Shown: positions 26,835-40,900 of the stretch, piece after piece
How the letters are laid out: every line of letters starts with the position of its first letter
How positions within the stretch are numbered: the stretch's first letter is position 1
Source: Ophelia neglecta
Lineage: Eukaryota
Reading direction: 5' to 3'
Assembly (NCBI GenBank): GCA_965285935.1
Contig: OZ260663.1
Span: 20,956,001 to 21,020,000, forward strand
Length of the DNA: 64,000 nt
Made by a program: the position numbers and the translations under genes
The notes under the pieces: model-generated
Databases searched by the model: none
Told to the model about the DNA's origin: nothing
What the model saw: only the letters and a program-made list of their open reading frames with translations

Positions 26835-27000
26835 CCGTCTTTTCCTAAGTGTATTCCAATGAAATTCTTTGAATATGGACATCACCCCCTGATGTCAGTG
26901 GGGGCAAGGATATATAAGATGGATGACCTAACAGCCTTACTGTTATAATTGAACCATTGCTCAAAATTGTTTTTAGTGATCTTTTTTTTGCGAGCTGACT
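26835..27000 (-). mobile_element. Decayed LINE (CR1/L2 group) RT C-terminal fragment
   Basis: Frameshifted MVQ..KAVR and VMSIFKEFHWNTLRKRR resemble LE.VQ..A.RFI...V..ML..L.W.TL..RR. Confidence 0.45.
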
Positions 27001-27919
27001 TGAGATAAACATGATCGATGTGCCACCTAGGTAACCTGAAGGCGACAAGAATGGTCATATTTACATGTGGTTGATAGATGAGGCTTCCACTAGGTGTCTG
27101 CACTACTTACCACATACATTTACTCGACTGAGTCTGTACCATTAATCATCTCAGGTTTCTCCACGGTAATAAGAGCAACACCAATCTTCTCCCATAAGCC
27201 TCCTCTGCGGTAGAGCATTAGCGACACTGCGGAATATATCTATTAGACTTCATTATGGGGACAATACGGACATACCTCATGTCTGTTATGCCGATCCTAT
27301 ACGTGGTAGAATTTGCGAATGCAATATGGGTTCATAATGACATATTTCAGCTGGAGATCACAGAAAATTAGGTTAATTATTGAAGATAAAAATTGGATAT
27401 TTTTAACTAACCATGTTTATATATTTCATTGTTTTATTAAGGCGTTAGTGGTCAACAGTTAATTTAACCTAGAATGTAATTAATGTCATTAAACCATTTA
27501 AAAAGAAATAAAAGCATTTTCAGGCCATGTCAAAAAATGTTAACAAAATGATCAGTTTTAAAACCAGAAGTTGAACCTTTATATTACTTGGTAAATGATT
27601 TTTAAGGGAAGCAAGGCTCGAAGGGTTTTGAAAAAATTGGTTAGTAAAGAATTTAGTAGAAAACACATGGTTACCCAACTACTTGAACACAAAAATGTTT
27701 TGTTTTACCCAAAGACAATCAACCTTTTTTTTTTCAAACTTGACAGAAATGGTACATGTGTACAAAATGTTTAGTTTGATAGTAGTTTTCTAACCCCTTC
27801 ACTGCCAGTTTTCTAATGGTGTGTTCCTAGCATTTACTGCGCAAACAATGACAAGGGGACTATAAAAAAAATTCTCGACTGTTAATGTTGCATGCTCCTC
27901 GGCGAGATTCAATATCTGA

Positions 27920-28145
27920 GGCTATTGATTAAACGCGGAGGTGCGGAGGCTATGCGGAGGCGGAGGTCATGAGTATTTCTGAGTGGCATGAAGCAAATAA
28001 TAGTCAGCAAGGAAAGGGTTAGGACGGAGGGTTAATTTTAGGGTTAGGGGAAGGGTTAAGGACAGGTTTGATAGGTCCAGTGCTCTGTTCTAATTTCGGG
28101 ATTTACCTTCGCAAGGCTCCGCACCTCCGCTTTTAATCAAAAGCC
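27920..28145. mobile_element. 226-bp MITE, family A copy 1
   Basis: About 40-bp TIRs (GGCTATTGATTAAACGCGGAGGTGCGGAG ... CTCCGCACCTCCGCTTTTAATCAAAAGCC). Near-perfect 8-bp flanking duplication atatctga/acatctga. Internal GGGTTAGG motifs. Highly similar to 57750-57975. Confidence 0.92.
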
Positions 28146-30606
28146 ACATCTGAAGTCTCTCCCAGAAGCAAGAAAGTCCCTTGAACAGGTCATTCCGCGA
28201 CTGTGACATATTTTATTAAGAATTAGTATTACTTGGACAGTGTATGAGACGTTACTGACCTTATAAAGCCTTTTTGTCCATATGAGTTATAGATGTGAAT
28301 TACAATCGGTACGCTAACTGGCTGTCTGACTTTTGCTATCACTAGCAGCCTCCTTCCTAGGATGTTGCTCGCGTTACTGTTTTCAGTCCATTCTTGTTGA
28401 CGAAAAGAAACCGCATGCGAAAACGGCAAAAAGCGAAAGCTTCGGCGAAAGCCGCATAGTCTCCTAAATTGAGCTGATATGAACACAATAATAACCCTAC
28501 CCTTACTCATTTACATCAAAAACAAAATTGAGATGTCTGGGTAAGGGTTTGGTTATAAAATAACTGATATTTTTTATTATTGTATCACCAATGCTGCATT
28601 CGCTTTCGCCGTTAACACAAAGCCCGTTTTTCCACTTGTTTTCTAAAACTTCAGGGCGTACCATTACGGGTCGAATGTCAGAGTAAAAATTAACAAGACA
28701 CAGAAAAAAAATCATAAACAACGTGCAGAATATATTTATTGGTTAGCAGGACGGAGCCATTATGCTCCAAATACTAATTGTATATATTGTGGACAAGTTG
28801 GATGATTTACCTCAAGTGTTTGGCCCAATATATATAATATTGCCTTCCTTTTCTTGATTTTCTTATGGTGCCGGTTATCGATTTGTTTTGTATGACCTTG
28901 GTTTCGGGAGTTATAATGGGATTACCCATTTCATTGATTTATTTAAGCACGCTATATAGTGTTAGCTTTATCTGGCATTATTCTCGCACCAATTGGTGAG
29001 ATACGTAATGGCAAGAATCAGACTTTAGTATGGCATTCGCCATAACAACTAAGACAAATAAGGCAATCTGCATAAATATTATGGCTAATTGTTTATATAC
29101 GCATTACTATGCAGTTTTTAAGTTCATGAAAAATGTACTAACACTAGGAGGAGTATTAAATTTGCTAGAGTAGTATGACACTCTCCGTTTAGTATGCATT
29201 ATTCACGCACTGGATGAGATGGAAATAGGCCTATAAAGGATTTAATCAAACATAGACAAGAAAAAAAATATAACAAAAATTGGCTTGCCGAGGAAGCAAT
29301 ATGAGCTATATACGCCTTCAGCAAATGATATTTCATCAATAATAATATCACTTTATTCAGGCCAATATAGCTTCAGATTGCTTATTCAGAAAGCCAAATA
29401 TTTGTATAATATCTAATACTTCACTTTATTCAGTTACGGTGTGATATGTTTCTCTGAAGGGAAGTTATGCTCTGGGTGATGAAGGTGAACAGTTAGACAT
29501 AAGAGTGATTCCCGACCAGTCATCGGTAAAATTCATGAGCTATCTAAAGTAGATCTAATCGTGTAATATCCCTTAGTAGAAATTTATGACTGGGAGTGGT
29601 GAGACTGCATTTCTGATCCCAGGATTGGCATAAAACAGATTGGTACTTTATAATAATGACCCCTTCGATTCCATGGATATGAGTGGCGTTTCCAAAATTT
29701 ATGGAAGTTGTAAGACAGACGAGACAGAATTCAGAGAGCAATTACTGTACAAATTGGCAGATATAACATTAACAAGGAAATGTTAGCCAGTAACCTTTGT
29801 CTAAGGAGGCATTGTTGCCGATCTATTTATCCTGAATTATGACAGGGCTTATTTGAATTATTTTATCTGTGAACTGGGCTAGGCAAGGTTGGTGCAGTTT
29901 ACATCGCAGTCGATAAACAGGTTAATTTATTGAGAGGCCTCCGATTGGACGAGTGAAAATAACTTGACATAACTGTTCCTAGGCTCGACATAGCAGCTCC
30001 GTTTGTCAGGCTATGAAATTGGTTTCATCGATGTATCACATCCCTTCAGTGAACTGAATTCAAATATCTTAAAACAATAAAACAATAAAAACCAATTGTG
30101 ATAATGAGAATTTATGGAAAGATAATTGGTTTAAGGCTAGTCATAATCCATGACATTTATAATTCAGCCGACCATCCTTTCGCTACCTATGCATATATGA
30201 ATATTTGTAACACGTCCTTTAATTATACAGGGATTATATTTGTTCATATACCATTAACTGAAATTTGCCCATTGGCATGCGTTACATCTGTGCCCGTAGT
30301 CTGATAATGATGCACAAGTCGTCCAATGTACCCCCGTCTTACTTCCGACAATGAATCTGATATTAAATCGTTCAAATTACGGACAATATTTACTCTTTCA
30401 AAATGGATTATGGTGCAGTAAGCTATAAAATTAAATCCACTGCTTGTGCAAAATACACTGATAATCTATGCAAAGGGCGTAAGCCGTATTTGGCTGAATA
30501 AGGGGCTGATAAACTTATGCTTGTCACTAGCATCTTTCTGCTAATCTAACGTAGCCGTGATTTTTCAATCGCCACCAAGATACTGCTCATGCTTTTGAGA
30601 AACCAT

Positions 30607-30800
30607 AAAAAGGGGGTGAATACCCGGCAGACAAGTCAAGTCTTTAATCAAATACTGTCTATCAAATCGTCCCTAAATCGGAACCAGCAGCCCACAGCCC
30701 CACACACTTAAATAATCAATTTCCAGCCCCCAAATATAGTTAACAAACAAGTAACAAAATAATACATTCTGGAAAAAGTATTGATATCACTTGCAATAAA
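30607..30800. repeat. Interspersed repeat, diverged copy 1 (copy 2 at 40708-40900)
   Basis: Collinear blocks CCGGCAG.CAAG, GGAACCAGC.GCC, CCCACACAC, TCCAGC.CCCAAA and TTGATATCACTTGCAAT. Confidence 0.75.
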
Positions 30801-31097
30801 GAATAATATATACTATGCAGTGTACTATGTGTATATTACAGACCATGACATCCTCTGGTGTTTCATAATAACAAGTACTGTGTGAAGAGACATGCCAGCT
30901 CAATTCGATAACGTTATAACAGCTGATGCTGAATAGCCTCTGCTCCTTCAAATAGTCTTTAAAATTTGCCCATTACACAAAGCCCGTTTGCAATAAGTCA
31001 AAATGAAAATCCATATAACGACCACAGTAATCTTTAAACTGATTGATAAATGGGCAGGGGTAGTCTGACTCAAATAAATGCTCTTCGGTGAGACCTG

Positions 31098-31375
31098 GGA
31101 CCGGTTTCCTGAAGTGGTCTTAGGTCTAAACTCGGTTTACAATCAAGATTAAAGTGCTTAATTGGTTTAAACTTGCCAATCGAGGTTTCAGGTGGCTGGG
31201 TTAGGTCTAAAACATTGCTACTTTGTTCTTAAAACTAATTCTGGTTAGTGTAAACACATATTAATTTGGTCTCCATGATCATTAATAGGCTAATCTAAAC
31301 GATTAACTCGGTCTCAGTAATCACTACTAGGCTAATCTTAACCCTAAACGTAAGAGCCCTTCTAGAAACCGGACC
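31098..31375. mobile_element. PIF/Harbinger-type MITE
   Basis: Imperfect ~28-bp TIRs GGACCGGTTTCCTGAAG...CTTCTAGAAACCGGACC flanked by a 3-bp CTG duplication. A diverged relative in opposite orientation appears at about 5600-5798. Confidence 0.75.
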
Positions 31376-33439
31376 CTGGGGCCTTATACAAACATCTCTT
31401 CTTCATTCAAGTAGATTTTTTCTGACAAAGAGGTCGCTCCTTACGCTAATGATATATTCGCAACTAATATTTAATATCCTTCGTTTGCGAGGGTAAAACA
31501 ATTTACTTTCGCCCTGCTGGATCGAATGCAACCCATTTGACCCAGTCTCTGCCAAGCGCCTTGCTTTAGTTTTAGGCACACCCGAATGTCAGAGAATCGC
31601 ATTTGTGAATAACATAAACAGAGAGTGCAGAAAAATCAAGTCAGTGGTGAAGGTTAGGAGAAATAAACACGTCGAAAGACGGTAAAATGCACATACGCAC
31701 ATAAACGCCTAAAGATTGTATCATAAGGAATGCATCTTTACTTTTCCCACTTCACTGTATCACTTATTATATAGTTTGATTTTCAATATAATATGATCCA
31801 TCGGCTTTGACCCAGGTGCACACGTGGCAGAAAATAATGTATCCCTACAACGAAAAGTATAGCCCACGGCGGTCACGACATTGATTATTATTGCAAATAG
31901 GCCCCCGCTAAAGGAAATCACCGCCAATTTCTATAAATCCATACAAACTTCCGGCAAGTGTCTGTGAAAATGTCATCAAATAAAGCATTTTCTAGTGTCA
32001 ATACGAAATATGCTATTGAATATGAAGGATAACTGAAGGTTTATTCGCAGGAACATATGGGCGACAATTTTGTCTATTCATTACCGTCGTCCTTGCGTTC
32101 TCATTGATAAATAATCATTTTATTATCGCAAATGCACCTCCCCCCCCCCCCCCCCCAATATATATATAACATAATAACGTGAAAAAGATTTACATCTTTA
32201 ATTTAGCTATTTTAGGTAAGTGAGAATAATTTAATGCAAAGAAAGAAATTTAAAATGCATTTCCAAACGTTTTAAGCAAAGAATAATACTATCACAAACT
32301 AACCCTTTTTAGTGTCCTCATTAAAGTAACACACACCGTATCTTATTGTACAGTGCATAACTTCTCATCAATAAGAACATTACAAACTGATTGAATACAA
32401 TGCTCATATAACATTGTTGTTTTCAAATTATGATAAAACCGTTGCATTAATTTCAAAACATAATATCGTACCATACTTTGGCTGACAAAATACCATCGTG
32501 GATACTCCATTATTTGAATCTGCCTCTGTGCATTTTATTTTGGCAACAAAAAAAGAAGGTGTTAACATAACTGTCGGAAACAGGTACATTTCGTGAAAGA
32601 TAGAATGGCCTTCCACAGTGTGGGAGTTTAATATATCGCGATGTTTAATCCTCATATGCACGAATCAGCACGTTACCTTTTAGAAAGAAAGTATCATTTG
32701 CCTCGAGTCATATTTACCTGGTTATTAGTGAGCTCATAAAATATCAAGCATTGTATTTCTTGCGCAGTAGGCATTTAATGATATTCAATTGCATTGCAAA
32801 TATTAGCTTTCAAGACGTGGACCCTTTCGGCAATGTTCATTGCTAGATCGAGTTTCATCCTCCTACACTTGTGCCCGTTTTTAGGCTAGCAGAATTGTAG
32901 TTCTTTAAAGCCAGCCCCTGTCAAAAGACTGCCAAACGTAAGAGATGTATTACTTTGAAACATTGAGATAAATAAAAGCGAGATAGCAGAACAAAGCCAG
33001 ACAACACTCCATTGCCAGGGGTTGGTCCCCATGCTGTGATCCAAGGCCACTTATGTCAGAGCGGGCGATGAATGGCCACACTTTTTTGTCCTTGAATGGG
33101 CTTAACGTCTTTTGGGAAACAAATTACTGTTTGCACTAATCGTTCATTTGAAGAGTAGTATAGGAAGGTCGTATTTTGTCATAGTGAACAAGACAAAGGA
33201 AGATACATGCAAAACAAATTACCCACAGAAGTACGATAAAGTAAATTTCCATATTTTCTTTTATCTAATGCCCTTTTCCCATAACAATTTCAAAACCTGT
33301 CCTTTAATTAATATGATCGAGGCCATTTTGTAGAACATGTTATTGGCACATTTGTACCGTTATCCTGTCGCGTCATCCAAGATTTTAGTTCAAACTGGCA
33401 GAATATAATTATTAGTGGAAGTGGCTCGGATTTAATTCG

Positions 33440-34070
33440 GACGTGGTTCGAACTTGTCGCGGAAGAGGCAGACTTTTCCTAGGATGATGGTCTGGCTGTG
33501 GGGCTAAGGGTCATGCTGTAATATAGTTAAACGCAGCAAAGAAATCTGTTGGACGAGGTGATACCGGCACATACATGAGTTAAAAATAAAGGGGCTGGCT
33601 TTAACTCTGCAACTTCACTAATTTTACTGTCAGCGATTGGCGATAATCGTTCACACGTTTATGATTCTCTTGTGGGCTTAGTATTAGTCTACAGTGAACA
33701 CGATTGATTGTTTGGAAGATTACCCGCTGTCGTCCTAAACAAATCCCCAACTAAACCGCCGTCCTATCTTAGGATTCTGTGGAACACTCTCTGTTTATTG
33801 TTCCTTACACGTTTACGATCTAGGCTGGTCGTGGCCTGCTGGTGTTCGTTTGCACCACTCATTAGCGGGTCTGCCACTTTAATCAAGAAGGCCTCTGCTA
33901 CAAAGCCATGATGAAGTCAATTCTTCTCACAAGACTGCTACACTGAAAATGGACCGCATACAAACTGGTAGAGAGTCAGGACGATGCACAAAGCTCTACA
34001 TTTTCGCCCATCAAGGAGGCTTCAATAAGCTCATGTTCCCAAACACACGAGTTCTGGAAAATCGTTAAAG
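33440..34070 (+). repeat. Old duplicated segment, copy 1 (copy 2 at 38706-39240); decayed coding-like
   Basis: Collinear blocks AACTTGTC..GGCAGACTT, GATTGG.GA.AA, CTTGTGGGCT, TGGAAGATT, AACTAAACCGCC.TCCTA and TATTGTTCCTT. Confidence 0.7.
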
Positions 34071-37000
34071 ATTGACAGTTAGGAATTCATTGAACTATTA
34101 CTTAGAAGTGCCTTGGCATCACTTATAAAAAATATAGCAGTGTTAGCGTTTTTATAATATACTGGCTGGTACTTTTAATGTTGGCAAGCTGAACTAGTAT
34201 TAAGAGATCTTTCTGAACAATTACACTTATCAAGCTGGTTTTCAACCAAATAAGTCCCTATGAACAAATGCATACTAGATATTTGTTATATAGGTATGTT
34301 TAAGTGCACATGAATCAAGCATTGTGGACGTTATTTAAATATAAAATTGCATAATTGTAGGCCTACTTGAACATCATGATCATGATTATTTCCAGTCAAG
34401 TAGGTACATGCCTCTTGCTTGTCTGTAAACTGAGGGATTTACATGTATATCAACTACCAAGATAATCCCAATAGTGAGCGAAACTAAAGAATATATTGTA
34501 TGCCCGCATATTTCGCATTGGCATATGGTAAACCATCTTAACTTAAAAGAAATGTCAAATGTGCAATTGAAATGGGTCGATTTCTCCTATTTGCAAGAGA
34601 GACAATCATGAAATAAGAATGACGTTTTACCGTCCTGTGGTCAGATGGCCTTTTTTACTCATACAAACCTGGCCTTCCTCGGACAGATACTATGGTACAC
34701 ATTAGCGCTGTGGGATAGTGTCTACTTATTAAATGTGCCCTTCATTACAATATTTCATGACAACCAGTGATAGTTTCCCATGAATGTTATTACTAATGGC
34801 GTGGTTGGTACGGAAACTAGGTTATTGTTTCCATGTCCTAAGTTATAATGTTTCCAATAATATCAAAGTGGTAACACCCCAAACGCGAGACAGGTGCTTA
34901 AGATTAGTCTCTGTTTAATGTTAATGAATTGTGGTTGTTTTCATTGCTTGCTTAACTGATGTTATACCTCCACAGATTTTTACCTTAAAGTCCCTGGTCT
35001 ACTTGCACGGGTCAACGGTTTTACTGTTTGGCTTCAAAGATATTAAAACAGAGGAGGTGGAATGTTTCCGTATTATTTCAATTGGGTTTAAGTTCAACAT
35101 CGAATACAATTATTACATTAGGTTCACAGATAAGGAAAACAATATTTTTGAATAAGAATATTTTTTAGGTGGGCACGCGAGGGGGTTTATCTGTGCTTTA
35201 AAACACAAAAGCACTGTGAAGCGCGAGAAACTGCTGGAACAACGGCCTTGCTTTTAAACATATATCACAGATGAAAACTAAGACAAGACGCCCACAAAGC
35301 TAAGGGTTACCCCTCCCCCTCCTGCTGTTGATATGACAAGCTTAAAAGCTTCCACTGCTTTACCATTTTGAACGATAGTGTCAATATGTGCTATTTAAGC
35401 AGCCGTTTAGATTATAGTGCGATCCTTTCTCGTAAGCCGTATGTATAACAGTATCGAACAGATACTTCATAGTCAGGCGTTGAGTACCATTATATTAGTT
35501 GAACACACTTCTGACGCTGCGGACGCAGAAGTGACAGTTGGCGGTAATTGGGTGTTTTTATCAGTGTTCCTGACTACGACGATCATCTGACTATGGTTCT
35601 TTGATGACCTTTGTCTGAGACCTAAAAATTACAGTCGAAATGTTTATCACGATATAATTTCGAGTTGATTATTTTGTTTATTAAATATTAACACATTCTT
35701 CATACTACATGATTTAATATACGAAACAATATACTCTGCTATCGAAGTGAACGCAAATTTCTAATGTACAATGGCATTTATTTTTATTTTATGCCGACTG
35801 ATCGCGAAAGAAGCATCGTCGATATTAGTTGTAGACACAAATAAGACGATCCAAAATAGCAATCCATTGTCACTAAAGCCCACGCGGCTCTGGCCGGTAG
35901 CCACTAATTCTAAAGAGATGTGTTGTAAAATAAATTCTGGCAGCTGACCCCTGCTTAGACGTTTGCTCCGTTCCTTTGTTGGCTGAAAACGGAAGTACAA
36001 GATGGATGACATAATGGCTTTAGCATGATAATTTCCCCATTGATCAATGTTCCCTGTATACTCGTTTAGAGGCTTATTTGAGATAAGGATGATGTATGGT
36101 TTACTCGGCTGACCAGAATACGATAGACACCGATAGCTCCGGGCACATCGGCTTAATTGAATGGTGGTGCTTTCGCAAGGTGTCTCATTCCATATAGAAA
36201 GGCTTGATCGGTTGTGAGTAGCATCGGATAACTTCTTGATTAAGCTTATATATGTAAAGCATATATAATGACTCAAGTAGTTTATTGGCCCAAGAAATGA
36301 ATATATATCGACGAGACAAATAAGTATGTACCAAGATAAAAGGAATCACACCATTTGAATAAAAATCCATATTTTAATCTTATTCAAATATGTGGTTATC
36401 GAGGGCAGTGTCTGCTTTAGAAAATTGCTAATCAGTGGATATTTCAAAGATATTTGAGAAAACTTATTCATGTTTATAGTTTTCACATATATATTCCCAA
36501 TACCAAAACAGAAATTAAAACTTTACACTGGAATTACATTTTAAATATCTCAAGAATATAGTAAAGCATAAATAGAAAGTTTCAGCATTCTCTGTTAGAT
36601 TCGAAGCTAGTGTTTCTGCTTACTCCGAATTTATTAACAATTTTTACAGTGCTTTTGGGAGCATCATTGTACCCTGAGGTTTTTGTGATATCACATGTTT
36701 GAGCTGTAAAACAATGTATCGCCAAATGTGTTTTTATATTATTAACACCGATTCACCATACTTACAAAACAAATCACTTCTCCGGAGGAGGCAACATTTT
36801 TAGTTTTTTACAACTATTCATAACATGTTTTATGCCGATTGATATCATCAAATACTATCCAAGTCAATACAGTTTTATGTCTGACTCCATTCCTTAGATT
36901 TCAATAATAACTTTAATCTTTTATTTGGATCAGCTATTCAGTTAAACAATATTACTGAACTCAAGTTAGAGTGATTTGACTCCGTCTTTCGGCACCTACA

Positions 37001-38705
37001 TCTGGTAGTTAAAATAAAATGCCCGATTTATTTTACTTCTTCCCACAAACATACTATAGATGCTTTAATGAATAGAAATGGCTCCCTTCCACTTTTCAAA
37101 GGACGGGGGCCTGCTTCACTGATTACTGGTAATTGGTTAGCTTATATCCATTGCTCAATCGCACATGGAAGGCATTGTGGTCATTTGATTCCGCTTGCTC
37201 TCGACAAGAAAACTTTATAGCAGACATTAATAACTGGAGAGTCCGATTGGTAAATACACTTTAAAGCCATTCCTATAGGGCAAAACTTGTTTAAGCACTG
37301 GTTTAGTAAACAAGATCCGAACATTCCATAACGTCTGACTCTATGATGCTGGAAATTTAGTAGATTTAAAGGATGAATTAAAAGAAGTTAAAAACAGTTT
37401 AATGACCATGACCTAAAATGGAAAACTAATAAAAAAATATTTTACGGTGTAGGATAGCATCACATATAAGCAGATTAGTACATTTAAGACGCCAATGATC
37501 ATTAATTTTTTAACAAGGTAATAAATTAATAAATAATAATATTATATCTATGTCCAATATATCGATATATGGAGTGGAAGTTATTTGCATTTTCAAATGT
37601 TCCATATTTCGTGCATAGGTTTCATGTAGCTAGGAAACAGTGATTCGGATGTTTTCTAATCCTACCCTAAAAAAAGAAAGAAAAAGGGAGACATTATCAG
37701 ATTAGCCTAATAAATAAGAAGCTAACTGTAATAAAATATATCAATATATTTAAACAAATTATTTTGCCTGGGACCATAGCTATCCCTTGACATTTATTGG
37801 AATTGTAAAGATTCTTTAGTCGATACAGTCTAACCAATCTTCAAAGTTGTGTATAGAAGGCATGGCGGATTCTTGGGCACAGTCAATAGGATGTCAACCT
37901 AAGGCGGCATATTGGCTACTTCCTTTTGACGATTTATAGAACTACTACAGCGAATTATCTGCTTGATGATACTTTATTAGTTTGCTGAGCAAGAGTTGCT
38001 CCCATTGAATTATGCATTAAAAAGTACCCTATTAGCGGGTAATCACTGCTGATACCTTTGATGAGAGTGGTTTTAGTAAGGACGGCACGACAGGCCATCT
38101 TGTGGGGCTTGGTCTATATGGCCTGACCCCAGACAACATTGTCTTTGAGATTTGACAGACTGATTTCTTTTGCGGTACCGGATGTGGTTAGGTGCTGTTC
38201 CGCCCGATGTCAAAAAAATGGCGAACGGCTTCAACATACCCAGTTGTGTGTCATTTAGTGTTTTAATCTTAAGGTCTAGTACTCCGAAGCTGCTTATGGT
38301 TGAGTGTCACAAAATGAGATCTTGTTCGGCCGATTTGAAATCGGATTGCCTCATTGGTGATGAAAACGTCTGGTGTGGAACTTCATCGAGGTTCAAAGGT
38401 TCCACAGCATGTGTGAAATTCTCAAAAGTTTACACTTATAATTCTAATGACGATATTGATCTGATAATTCTTCTCCTATATAAAACATTAAATAAACGTG
38501 TTCATGACCAATATAATCTTTTGTGGCCAATAAATATTCCCTTGGACTTTTACAAAAGTAAATATATAAGATATTTAAATCATAAACGAGATAGACGGAC
38601 TTAAAACGTACACGGCTCGGGTATTATAACATTTTTTTTATCGTTTAGGATAAGTGCATCGAAGGAGTGCACATCGAAGGAGTGCATATCTTGACCAAGT
38701 AGAAC

Positions 38706-39240
38706 AGCCGTGGTGCCAACTTGTCACGTAGATGGCAGACTTCGCTGCTATTCAGGATCTAGGTTTGAATTAAAGTATATATCTAGCTTTGTTTGCCAAA
38801 TATCATTACCACTTGGCGGTTGCTGATTGGTGACAACAGTGCAAACAGTCATGGTTCCCTTGTGGGCTACGCAAATTAAGCAGAGCTACCAATCGATTAT
38901 CTGGAAGATTGGCGTCCCTTTATCTACTGCCAATCTGGAACTAAACCGCCTTCCTACCCGGGAACCGCCCGGACACTTTCTAACGTATTGTTCCTTCCGC
39001 ATATGTGGCCTAGATAATTGGTGGAAGCCAAGTTTGTGTTAATTGGAAGCGCTTGATTAAGGAGATCATGGGATAATGGTGAATGGTAAGTTTGTCAACA
39101 ACACTACACACAGTAAAGTAACCACAAAATAGCGTCGCATAATTCAATCGCTCAGGAGAAGTGATCTTTCCATACGCCAGCATGAGAGGTTAATAAAAAA
39201 ACACTTGTCTGCGTTTCAGAACACGAAGCATGGAAGTTCA
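38706..39240 (+). repeat. Old duplicated segment, copy 2
   Basis: Same collinear blocks as 33440-34070. Confidence 0.7.
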
Positions 39241-40707
39241 CAATACTAAATGAAAATTAACAAAGTCGTTATACAAATAAAAATCGAAATACTCCTTCAA
39301 AGTACCTGTAATTGATGTAAGGTAATCAGTCGCATTGTAATTTGCATTATTTTCTTTGATGCGGTTTGTTGACAAATCGTATTTTACTTACAAACTTGCT
39401 TCCAAACAACTATTTCGATTAAATGTCCAACAGGGTTACTTATGTTTCGAGTAGAATAATACAGAACTATGTTTTCGATACATAGAAGAAAATGCCATTA
39501 CCTAATGAACTTTAAAAAACATCAAAGCTTCTTTCCTTTTCAAAATTCTTAATCACACTAGCCCTCTCGGCATGCACGGAATGGTCACGTGGTTGTGGGG
39601 GCGATATTTCCCCCATGCTGCTGGAGCATATAGCTAAGGACGCGTTTAAGGGGAAAGGGGGCAAGGATACACACTTCAAAAAACTTTGTCGACTAATTTC
39701 AAACTGGAGAGTTCAATTGCCCAAAAAATTATAAAGTCAGCAAATTAAGGATTGTCTGAGGCCTGGAACTAGCTAGCAAGTGTCTTTCACCATGGACCTT
39801 TAATCCATTTATGCTAAAGGTACAATACTAGAATAAAGATATCCTTAAAAATACAAGTACAGATACACGCTCGAAAGAGTAATGTGAGTAGTATAAATTA
39901 ATGCTTTTTGTTAACCATGATCAGCTCTGGGGTGTTTTTATTGCGGATTCAGTAAGTAACTACACTTGTCACCAAACAGCATTGACATCCAGTTAAATAT
40001 GCCGCAAAAAATAGTTTATTTGACAACGTAGATAAATGTTTCGGTTTTGATTACTCAAGGCATTGATAATTCAGAAGGAAAGTATTTTCTTCCCAAAATA
40101 TAACGTGTTCGATAAATCATATCGAAGGCGCCTTCCACAGTTAAAGTGATAATGCATATAGAGGGCACCATCATTAGAGACTCCACTCCTCGTTTTTATG
40201 GCAGAAGCTTGCTTTGATCCTAGATTGATTCTTCATTTTGGTCAAGTTATTGTGTTTTTATTACACTGCGTTCGTTCCGATCTCTTCCTGTAACTGAAAC
40301 ATCTCCTCAGGCTGGTAACACAATTTTCCTATGGCACAACCAATAGAGTAACCCTCAGACCATCAGTCCGATGATAACGTAAATCTGACCGGCTGACAGT
40401 TTATTTCTTACAATCGATGTTTATTACTCATCGAAGTAGAGAGAACATGAATATGGTCACATCAAAAAGATATAGGATGACACAATTTAAAGTTATCGCT
40501 TTCTAATATATACATTTGTCTGCTTACTTAGTAGATACTTAGATCTAAACAATTATAAAACTCGCCAAATCACAAAATGTAAAGAACAAACCTATTGTTA
40601 AAAGTACCAATGGAAACCAGTGAACTTTATAAAACAGCATAGCAATATCTGCATCGTGTAATCTTTACAATAAATAATCAATATGAAACTAGTGTTACGA
40701 TAATGAA

Positions 40708-40900
40708 GGATGAAAAAAAGTGGGATTACCGGCAGTCAAGGCAAAATCATGAAGTTCATTCAATCTTCCCGAAATCACCAGGAACCAGCTGCCAAAGGCC
40801 CACACACGTCTATAAACCATCTCCAGCTCCCAAACAGTAAATACATTTGTAATTCAAATAAGAATGATCAAAACATACAATTGATATCACTTGCAATGAA
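40708..40900. repeat. Interspersed repeat, diverged copy 2
   Basis: Same collinear blocks as 30607-30800, in the same orientation. Confidence 0.75.

Noticed and set aside
35880-35960. Minus-strand peptide QGSAARIYF resembling the Cas1 EG.AAR.YF motif
   Set aside because: Short frame bounded by stops, no other Cas1 motifs, eukaryotic context and no array; chance match.
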